DNA of 64,000 nucleotides from Ruminococcaceae bacterium UBA1730 (lineage in GTDB: Bacteria; Bacillota; Clostridia; Oscillospirales; Acutalibacteraceae): contig DCII01000017.1 of the NCBI GenBank assembly GCA_002315935.1, forward strand, positions 10,999 to 74,998. Reading direction: 5' to 3'. The position numbers were made by a program, and so were the translations under genes. Shown one piece after another: positions 56,587-64,000 of the stretch. Under the pieces are notes generated by a model. That model was not told the origin of the DNA, searched no databases, and was given only the letters and a program-made list of their open reading frames with translations. Each line of letters opens with the position of its first letter. Within the stretch, counting starts at the first letter, position 1.

Positions 56587-59430
56587 TTAATATCCGACTT
56601 CCGAGGGCTCTGATTCATAATCCATAGTGTTGTAATTTGTGATGATGCCGTTTTCATCCATTGAGAATACCTTCCAGACAGTACCCTTTCTGTTGACGGG
56701 AACGCTGTAAGACCTGATAAGCTCCGTTCCTCTGTAAACATCAACTGTTGCACCTGAATCCGAAAGATTGAAGGCTCCGTCATCTTCACTGCCGTCTTCT
56801 TTATCCGAATAATTATGAACAAGATAAGTAAACGACTTAACCTTCGACATATCAACAACAGTTATCGTTTCGGGTCCGTATGATGAAATATCGTCAACAT
56901 CGAGCCAAACAACGCAGTTTTCATCTTCATAATATCTGTCATTGCAATACAGAACATGGAAATCGTTCATGGATGTTGTTTTGCCGACAATATGTGAATC
57001 GAGGTCACTGGGATTTTCGCCCCATGAAAGGACAATTCTGAGCTGGTTATCGCCAAGAGATTTGCTCAATGCAATATCTCCCAAATAAGCTGTATCATTG
57101 GGAACAACGATAACAGTGAGATATTTCTTTACATAATTACCGGAGCCGGAAATTTCAAGAACATATCTTCCGCCCGGTGCATCAAATGTGAAATATCCGT
57201 TTGAGAATGAATGAGTTGAGCCGAAAGCTTCTCCCGTTGCTGTTTCCTTATGAATAATATATGTTCCGGATGCAATTGCTTCTGATGTTGCTGCGTCAAC
57301 AAATCTGCCGTTTAAAGTTCCGAGAGCATCAGCCAATTCAAACGCTCTGTTAACTGCAAGACCTGCATTGAGCATTCTGTATGCCTTGCCGTGAATGTAA
57401 TCATATGCCTGCGTTGTGTAATCCTCATCGCAGAGAATTTCCTTGATTTCCGTCATGGACAGAGTATTGTTTGCCGACCACATAAGACCTGCAACTGCGG
57501 TAACATGAGGAGCTGCCATTGAAGTTCCGCTCATATAGTCTGTTCCGTTGAAATAACAGCTGTAAATGTCTCCGCCGGGAGCCGCAATATCTACTCTGTT
57601 GCCGTAATTTGAAAAATCAGAGAATGAATATCCGTTATTTCTCTTATCATTATCAACGGATGCAACAACTATTGTATGGTCAATAAGGTCCTGAGCTGAA
57701 TATCTCGATGTTGCAAACGAAACATCTGTGTCTGCCGTTATTGAGCAGAACCAACCGTTCTTTGTTGCATCAACTGTATCGTTTCCTGCCGCCTGAACAA
57801 AGAGAAAATCGAAGCCTTTATCAAGAAGCTTTGTTTCAATAATAACTGCATGGTCCATGCATTCGCCGGCTCTGTTGCCTGCACTGAAATTAACAACCTT
57901 TGCTCCGCAGATAACGGCTTTTGTGAGATTATCAACTATCAGATCCCTGCTTAATCCTCTGCTGCTTATTGCGGCTGAACCGAAATAAAGATTTCCGTTC
58001 CAGACAATACCTGTTACGCCTGTTCCGTTATCCGGAGATGCCGCCATTATACCCGAAACATGAGAACCGTGGTCGGATGAATAATTCTGATTGTTATTCA
58101 TCATGATAACATTTATGTTATCGCTTGTGTTTGCAAATTCCGAATGTGCCGTGTTGAGGGTTGAATCTACACAACCGATTCTTGTAGGCTGCCGGCTGAG
58201 TCTGCTGTCATTTGCCCAGACTGATTTCATATCAATAGCTTCAAGTCCCCAGTTACTGCCGTCAACATCATTATCGTTCCAGTCTGTATTGTCAACATCA
58301 GAATTCCACGGGTCATTTATTGAAATACTTGCTTCTTCAACGCAGCTTACATCTGCTGCTTTTACACCTGCAAGAGTTTTAAAATAATCTGCCTTCTGCT
58401 TAAGAGCCGTGTAGCCATCTATATCAAATTTTGCCTGATAGAAATTAAGAAAATAGTTCTGACCGATAACTCTTCCGCCGTTTGTAACAATAATGTTATT
58501 TGCAACATCTTCGGTTATATTATCATCAAAATAAATTACGAGAACGCCTTTTCTGTAGGTAATATTCTGCTCGGTAGCATAGTCGCTTGCATTTCCGGCT
58601 GAAATAGAGCCTATATTGTAATTAACCGTTATCGTTTTTGTTGCCGTTAATCCGTTTGAGGTTTTTGCATTAACCGTAACAGCATTCTTTCCCGGCTTAA
58701 GAGTAAGATCGAAATACCAGTTATTTCCGTCAAGGAATATATCTCCTCTATACGAAAGATTACCTGCATCAACCTCTGCATAGGATTTATATTCAATAGT
58801 ATCAATGCCCGTTGTTGTTGTTACCGTACCTGTGATTCTTGCATTGATTTCTTTTGTTTCAAAATCACTCCGGTCAATGCTCAATTCAATGCTGTCTTCA
58901 ACAGGCAATTCGGGGTCAACCTGAGAAGAGCCTACTTCGCCGTTTTTGATTGAAAAAACAAGCTGATAATTAACCATTCCGATTTTGACATAAAATCTTG
59001 TTGTTTCGCTGTCAGAACCGATAACAGCTCTTTGGAAAAGTCTCCAGAAACGGATGAAATATAAGAATATTCTTGCAAAAATTGACCTGTTGGCATAGTT
59101 TATATCAATTTCAACATCCTTTGATTCACCCGCTCTCAATGAACCGACAGCAATTTCAGAGCCTTGTCTGCAATCAAGTCTGGTTTCATTATAAGCCATT
59201 TCAACGCTGATATTTTCATAATTTGTGCTTGATTTGTTTGTTACGGTCATGATAATCGGAACAAGCTCATCATTTGAATAACTGTCCTTTTCAGTCTTGA
59301 TTTCAATATATATATCGTTTCTTAAGGATTTAATATTGTCGTCAGCCGCAAAGGACTGAACGAGAGTCAACGAACTGAATGCGATGACAAATGCAAGGAT
59401 AAGACTGATTAGCTTTTTTACCTTCTTCAT
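56587..59430 (-). CDS. Secreted multidomain S8 (subtilisin-like) serine peptidase with Ig-like and C-terminal YfaP/DUF2135-like domains
   Basis: Signal peptide; triad IGCVDS, HGSHVSG, GTSMAAPHV; oxyanion AAGND; C-terminal LSWGENPSDLDSH...DVDDISSYGPETI. Confidence 0.88.
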   Translation of the reverse strand: MKKVKKLISLILAFVIAFSSLTLVQSFAADDNIKSLRNDIYIEIKTEKDSYSNDELVPIIMTVTNKSSTNYENISVEMAYNETRLDCRQGSEIAVGSLRAGESKDVEIDINYANRSIFARIFLYFIRFWRLFQRAVIGSDSETTRFYVKIGMVNYQLVFSIKNGEVGSSQVDPELPVEDSIELSIDRSDFETKEINARITGTVTTTTGIDTIEYKSYAEVDAGNLSYRGDIFLDGNNWYFDLTLKPGKNAVTVNAKTSNGLTATKTITVNYNIGSISAGNASDYATEQNITYRKGVLVIYFDDNITEDVANNIIVTNGGRVIGQNYFLNFYQAKFDIDGYTALKQKADYFKTLAGVKAADVSCVEEASISINDPWNSDVDNTDWNDNDVDGSNWGLEAIDMKSVWANDSRLSRQPTRIGCVDSTLNTAHSEFANTSDNINVIMMNNNQNYSSDHGSHVSGIMAASPDNGTGVTGIVWNGNLYFGSAAISSRGLSRDLIVDNLTKAVICGAKVVNFSAGNRAGECMDHAVIIETKLLDKGFDFLFVQAAGNDTVDATKNGWFCSITADTDVSFATSRYSAQDLIDHTIVVASVDNDKRNNGYSFSDFSNYGNRVDIAAPGGDIYSCYFNGTDYMSGTSMAAPHVTAVAGLMWSANNTLSMTEIKEILCDEDYTTQAYDYIHGKAYRMLNAGLAVNRAFELADALGTLNGRFVDAATSEAIASGTYIIHKETATGEAFGSTHSFSNGYFTFDAPGGRYVLEISGSGNYVKKYLTVIVVPNDTAYLGDIALSKSLGDNQLRIVLSWGENPSDLDSHIVGKTTSMNDFHVLYCNDRYYEDENCVVWLDVDDISSYGPETITVVDMSKVKSFTYLVHNYSDKEDGSEDDGAFNLSDSGATVDVYRGTELIRSYSVPVNRKGTVWKVFSMDENGIITNYNTMDYESEPSEVGY

Positions 59431-59590
59431 ATAGTATTTCCTCCGTTTTTAATCTGATGCCTTTTCCTTTTTCGAATTCAACATCTGATTAATAATTTAT
59501 TCATGTTTTATCTGCATTTTAATACACTGCTCTCTGAATTTCAATACCCTTAATCTGAAATTAATTAAATATTAATGGAATATTAAGATT

Positions 59591-59968
59591 TTAAAAAAGC
59601 ATATTAAAGAGCGTTGCGGCAGGTGCGGCAGGAAACATAAACGGTACAAGCCATATACTTCCATCGGGAAAAATTCTGCTGATTACGAATTCCATTCCGA
59701 GAGAAGCGAACGGAATTACAGTCATAACGGCAGTGGTTATTGCAAACGCTTTTTTCTTATTAACCGCCGATACTACTATTGCGGCAACAACCGCACACAC
59801 GAAGAAATAAGGATAGACGGATGAAAGAATATTCCTTGCACTTTCTGCTATTACATTAATTTCAACCGAATCCGCAAGAATAAACTCTCCTGAGCAAAGC
59901 GATCCGAGGCTCCATAAAACAATCATAAAAATAATTGCGAAGACTATCTGTTTTGTTTTGCTTTTCAT
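59591..59968 (-). CDS. Small hypothetical membrane protein, possibly C-terminally truncated
   Basis: 3-4 hydrophobic segments; ends abruptly in a hydrophobic stretch at an AT-rich spacer; start 59968 or 59974. Confidence 0.55.
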   Translation of the reverse strand: MKSKTKQIVFAIIFMIVLWSLGSLCSGEFILADSVEINVIAESARNILSSVYPYFFVCAVVAAIVVSAVNKKKAFAITTAVMTVIPFASLGMEFVISRIFPDGSIWLVPFMFPAAPAATLFNMLF

Positions 59969-59989
59969 ATACATACTTCTTTCTGATTT

Positions 59990-60054
59990 GTAACACATTT
60001 CACGCCAAAACAGACCGAAAAGATGCGACGATACATTTATTCAGCGTTTCCTTA
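59990..60054 (-). repeat. 65-bp dispersed repeat, copy B (inverted relative to copy A)
   Basis: See 50911-50975. Confidence 0.85.
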
Positions 60055-60110
60055 GGGAAGGTTGGGGAGTGAAATAATATAAGCATAAATAAAGGAAATA
60101 AATAAAGCTC

Positions 60111-60170
60111 TGTCATTGCGAGCGAAGCGTGGCAATCCGTTTCTTCTCGAAGAGTGTTACGGATTACCAC
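60111..60170 (+). repeat. REP-like palindromic element of the CGTC/TGTC-tagged type
   Basis: TGTCATTGCGAGCGAAGCGTGGCAATCC head; gtggcaatccgt (60129-60140) pairs with acggattaccac (60159-60170). Confidence 0.6.
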
Positions 60171-60190
60171 ACCTGTCCCTGTTTTCAGCC

Positions 60191-62701
60191 TCAACCCTTT
60201 GGAAGGGTAACAACCGCTTTAAAGAGGTCTCCGTCAATAATAATCTCAAGATTTCCGCCCTGCAAACGGCAGAAATTGCTTGCAATTGAAAGACCGAGAC
60301 CGCTTCCCTCGCCGTTTCTTGAGGCATCACCACGAACAAATCTTGCAGTAAGCTCTTCGGCGGGAATATTAAGCTCGTATTTGGAAATATTCTTGAATTC
60401 GATAATTCCGTTTTTCTCCGAATTCCTGACCTCAATATATGCTCTTGTGTTTTCAAGGGCATATTTCTTTATATTAGTAAGCAGGTTTTCAATTATTCTG
60501 CCCGTCTTCTGTGCATCGGCAAAAACCGTAACAGGTTCTTTGGGCGTTTTCAGGATAATTTCAATTCCCTTTGCCTTGAGCTCGTCCTCGTTTTCGCCCG
60601 AAACCTGAGTTGCGAATTCGCAGAGATTGAGGCTGACGGGATACATTTCAACCGCTCCCGAGGAAGCCTTTGACGCTTCAACAAGGTCTTCAATGAGCTT
60701 TTTCATTCTCTGAGATTTCTCATCAAGAATATTAAGATATTTCTTCGCATCCTCATTTTCGATTTCGCATCTCTTGAGCAGGTCAACATAGTTGACTATT
60801 GAAGTGAGCGGAGTTTTGAGGTCATGGGAAACATTTGTAATAAGCTCCGCCTTCATTCTCTGGTCCCTGACCGCACCTTCAACCGCATTCTGCAAGCCGT
60901 CGCCGATTGAATTGATGTCCTCGGCATGGTCCTTGAAAAACGGAAGCATTTTTTCCGTTGAAACCGTTTTTTCAAGCTGACCCTCTCTGATTTCCCTTGT
61001 TGCCTGGGCAATTCTGCTGTAGGAATTGATTATCATAATTGCAAAAACGAGAACAGCAATATTAAAGAGCAAAACAAGGAAGAAAAGGAAATCACTTGAA
61101 GGAGCAACTGCGATAAGGCAGAAATCAGCAACCGCAAAAACGCAGGTGCAGAGAATTGCAATTCTCTTTTTCCTTTTGCCGTCTGCATTGGCATAGCTTG
61201 TTTCAAGAATACACTTCAGCTTCCTTGAAATTATTCTGACAGGCAGAAAAATCCACCTGCAAAGCGTATGCCTCCAAAAGGTTTTTGCTCTGATATTTCT
61301 TACAATGCTGTTGAGCTGAATTGAAATTGCTCCGAAAAACAATGCAAAAAGAATTCCCCAGATTATGTCAAATTTTTTGCCTAAAGTGCTGACTATTCCG
61401 AGCGGAACACTTCCAATATCGGTATAATATTCGCAGGCAAGCCCTCCGCAGCAGCAGATAACCGCAGCTGACGCAATTCCACCGTAAAATACAAGATTGA
61501 TTGCAAGCGGAACCTTATCCGTAAAGAGAAGTCTGATGCTTCCGTCAGCGGTCTTTCCTGCTGTGACGAGCAGGAGAATGCAGATTGCAGCCGCAAGAAT
61601 AAAGAACACCGCAAGCATTGCAACGCTCATTCCCGAGGATGCTCTGCCGCCAACCGAATTGCTGAATGTGCCGTAAATATCATTGAAAACAGTTAATAAA
61701 TCCGCTTCATCAGTGAATGAACCTGCATAGGCGAAAACCGCACTCTGAATTCCGCAGTTTTCCGTTGGGTTGATAACCCGATAGCTTTCTGCCGCCGTGC
61801 AGATTTCTCTGTTAATCTGTGCCGTCACGCTGTTCGACTGCTCAAACCTTGTTTCGGTTGTCTGATAATATTTTCCGTCACGGAATTCTTCAAGAAAAAC
61901 CGCTCCGTTGCCGAGCTTCTCGGCGGCAGTTTTCTGCGTATCGGCCTTTGTAATTCCGCAGTTTGAAACAACATTGCCGTTGGTGAGAAAAACCGCATAT
62001 TTAACGCTCTTGATATTATCTCTGAAAACAGAATATCCATTACTCGAATTTTCATAGGCTTCTGAAATATACCTCTGATATTCCTGCTCTGCTCTTTTGA
62101 GAACAATATCTCTTGTTGTTTCGCCGTAATTTGTGTCGCTTCCGAGATTATAAAGGTATCCGAGTGCATTGCTGATTTTCTGAATATCCTCCTTAACCTC
62201 GGTAAAGGTTGTTGATTCAATTTCTTCTGCATCTTCACCAACATCATAGAATTCAATGCTTTCAAAGGTTTGCTTATTGATTATTGAACCGTCATAGCCG
62301 AAATAATAAACAACATTTCCGTTGGGAAGCCTGTATCTGAAAACATTATCCTCGCTGTGGAAAACCTGAATTTTTGAATTATCGAGCAGGTCGAATGCTT
62401 CATTTATTTTTTTGACTTTGGTTTCATAATCCGCTGTGATTTCCTTACCGTTTGTGGTGTTTTTGAATTCCTCAGCCGATTTGACGGACTTTGATTCTGC
62501 ACTGAACATAACCGAAGCTTCATAGGTATAAATCATTCTGCGGAAAACATCGGTATTCTCAAATCCCCTGTTTTCATAGGTATTATAATTGACAAAGCTT
62601 CTGACGAATGCGGAGGAAAAATATCCCGAAACCGCAAAGAAAAGAATTGCAAGAATGAATGCAATTACCCGTATTTTAATATTTTTCAATTTTGTAACCA
62701 A
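60191..62701 (-). CDS. Sensor histidine kinase with large extracellular domain
   Basis: N-terminal TM, about 330-aa extracytoplasmic region, several TMs, ITNVSHDLKTPLTSI H-box, ENLLTNIKKY N-box, GSGLGLSIA G2 box. Confidence 0.93.
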   Translation of the reverse strand: MVTKLKNIKIRVIAFILAILFFAVSGYFSSAFVRSFVNYNTYENRGFENTDVFRRMIYTYEASVMFSAESKSVKSAEEFKNTTNGKEITADYETKVKKINEAFDLLDNSKIQVFHSEDNVFRYRLPNGNVVYYFGYDGSIINKQTFESIEFYDVGEDAEEIESTTFTEVKEDIQKISNALGYLYNLGSDTNYGETTRDIVLKRAEQEYQRYISEAYENSSNGYSVFRDNIKSVKYAVFLTNGNVVSNCGITKADTQKTAAEKLGNGAVFLEEFRDGKYYQTTETRFEQSNSVTAQINREICTAAESYRVINPTENCGIQSAVFAYAGSFTDEADLLTVFNDIYGTFSNSVGGRASSGMSVAMLAVFFILAAAICILLLVTAGKTADGSIRLLFTDKVPLAINLVFYGGIASAAVICCCGGLACEYYTDIGSVPLGIVSTLGKKFDIIWGILFALFFGAISIQLNSIVRNIRAKTFWRHTLCRWIFLPVRIISRKLKCILETSYANADGKRKKRIAILCTCVFAVADFCLIAVAPSSDFLFFLVLLFNIAVLVFAIMIINSYSRIAQATREIREGQLEKTVSTEKMLPFFKDHAEDINSIGDGLQNAVEGAVRDQRMKAELITNVSHDLKTPLTSIVNYVDLLKRCEIENEDAKKYLNILDEKSQRMKKLIEDLVEASKASSGAVEMYPVSLNLCEFATQVSGENEDELKAKGIEIILKTPKEPVTVFADAQKTGRIIENLLTNIKKYALENTRAYIEVRNSEKNGIIEFKNISKYELNIPAEELTARFVRGDASRNGEGSGLGLSIASNFCRLQGGNLEIIIDGDLFKAVVTLPKG

Positions 62702-63368
62702 TGCCCCATACCACCTTTAAATATTTAGGTTCCTTCGGGTCGATTTCGATTTTCTCTCTTATTCTTCTGATATGCACCGTGACCGTTTTTTCAGAGAAGC
62801 ACACAGGCTCATTCCAAACCGCTTCATAAATCTGACCCGTTGAAAGCACTCTGCCGAGGTTTTCCATAAGCACATTGATTATGCCGTATTCCGTTGCGGT
62901 CAGCTTTATAGGTTCGCCGTCAAGAGTTAGCTCCTTTGCAAGAGTGTCAAGCGAAAGTCCTCCTGTTGAAATCATTCCCTCTTTCACTTCCATTGAACCG
63001 AGCGAAGTGTATCTTCTTATCTGCGATTTGACTCTCGCCATAAGTTCAAGTGGGTTGAACGGTTTTGTCACATAGTCATCTGCTCCGAACGAAAGACCCG
63101 TTATTTTATCGGTGTCTTCGCTCTTTGCCGAAAGCAGAATAATCGGAAAATTATGCTTTTCTCTCATCTGCAAAGTTGCCTGCAATCCGTCAAGACCCGG
63201 CATCATAATGTCAAGAATAACGCAGTGCACTTCGTTATTTCTGACCTGCTCAAGAGCATCTCTTCCGTTTTCAGCACGGAGAACATTATAACCCTCAAGC
63301 TTGAGATAGATTTCAACTGAATCGAGAATTGCGATATCGTCATCGCAAACAAGCACGGTAAACATCAT
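62676..63368 (-). CDS. OmpR/PhoB-family response regulator
   Basis: VCDDD, ILDIMMPGLDG, LSAKSED, DDYVTKPF, TVTVHIRRIREKI, VWGIGYK. Confidence 0.95.
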   Translation of the reverse strand: MMFTVLVCDDDIAILDSVEIYLKLEGYNVLRAENGRDALEQVRNNEVHCVILDIMMPGLDGLQATLQMREKHNFPIILLSAKSEDTDKITGLSFGADDYVTKPFNPLELMARVKSQIRRYTSLGSMEVKEGMISTGGLSLDTLAKELTLDGEPIKLTATEYGIINVLMENLGRVLSTGQIYEAVWNEPVCFSEKTVTVHIRRIREKIEIDPKEPKYLKVVWGIGYKIEKY

Positions 63369-63536
63369 TTCACCTCATAAAAGAACCTTGACTAAAGATT
63401 AAAATATCAGAATTACAAACAGGGAATGAAAAAGTTACAAGTTTATTAAGATTAAGTATACCATTTTTACTCTCTCTGTTCAAGTTCAGAAAATCGCAAA
63501 AAATCCGAAGCACATAAAAATGCTCCGGATAATTTT

Positions 63537-63989
63537 TTATAAACTGCCAAAAAAGCTGCTTATTGTAGTATATATTCGAATCAGAACTTCTCGATTATAA
63601 AACACTAAATAAAACAGGGCACATACCCATTCAATAGTCATAATTCCAGATAGGACTACTGCAAAATTAAGTGCGTTGGTTTTGTTGTCTTTCTTCGCTT
63701 TTTTTACAAATATTAAAATCAAAAATATTATAGGTTCAACCACACCAGATAGGTATAAACCGGTAAAAATCAATATGTAACGAAATAGCTTTTCAAATAG
63801 CGACAATCCATTAACTAAATCATCGCTTGTGATGTTAGAAATATCTATAGGCTCATACAATTGTTCCGAATCGGAACTTGAGGAATTTTCGTTTGAACTA
63901 TATCCTGTTTGTTCTGAAAATCTTAAGGAGCTATGTGGTTCTCTCCATATACCTTCACCGTCAACAAATCCACTTCCGAAAGTCCTCAT
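63537..63989 (-). CDS. Hypothetical membrane protein, probably 5'-partial at the window edge
   Basis: The frame stays open from 63989 to the window end; two C-terminal hydrophobic helices; AT-richer composition than neighbouring genes. Confidence 0.5.
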   Translation of the reverse strand: MRTFGSGFVDGEGIWREPHSSLRFSEQTGYSSNENSSSSDSEQLYEPIDISNITSDDLVNGLSLFEKLFRYILIFTGLYLSGVVEPIIFLILIFVKKAKKDNKTNALNFAVVLSGIMTIEWVCALFYLVFYNREVLIRIYTTISSFFGSL

Positions 63990-64000
63990 GAACCCTGACT

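Noticed and set aside
50911-60054. Composite transposon or shufflon
   Set aside because: No transposase or recombinase, no target-site duplication seen, and the repeats have diverged at 8 of 65 positions; kept only as a repeat finding

Overview
Chromosomal (non-mobile) segment of a low-GC, spore-forming anaerobic Bacillota. The gene set (cotJABC, spoVB-like, class III RNR, rubrerythrin) and secreted Cys-rich proteins suggest an Oscillospirales-like gut clostridium; this is inference. Housekeeping genes: folC (partial), valS, pepD, gdhA, birA, trxB, nrdDG, cdd, deoC, the F-type atp operon, a heterodimeric ABC exporter and a two-component system. I saw no rRNA, tRNA, CRISPR array, transposase, integrase or phage gene. 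Best candidates for new biology: (1) a divergent glycyl-radical enzyme (GCQEP Cys loop, non-canonical RIHGTF Gly loop) in a tight operon with its activase, a sedoheptulokinase-like FGGY kinase and a PMI-like cupin, suggesting an undescribed anaerobic radical sugar-phosphate pathway; (2) two paralogous, unannotated propeller + helical-barrel proteins sharing DNDG/WLGETSSDE/HIDD motifs, one beside GH38, GH95-like and GH99-like genes, as a candidate new glycosidase family; (3) an ATP synthase with no atpH, the delta C-terminal domain fused to alpha, and a c subunit with a signal peptide; (4) a redoxin-type NrdD carrying its own glutaredoxin domain, 4 bp upstream of trxB; (5) a Phe-rich amphipathic tail on secreted proteins that lack known anchors; (6) a 65-bp inverted dispersed repeat joined to a structured RNA-like element. 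All functional calls come from motif recognition by eye; no database searches were run.
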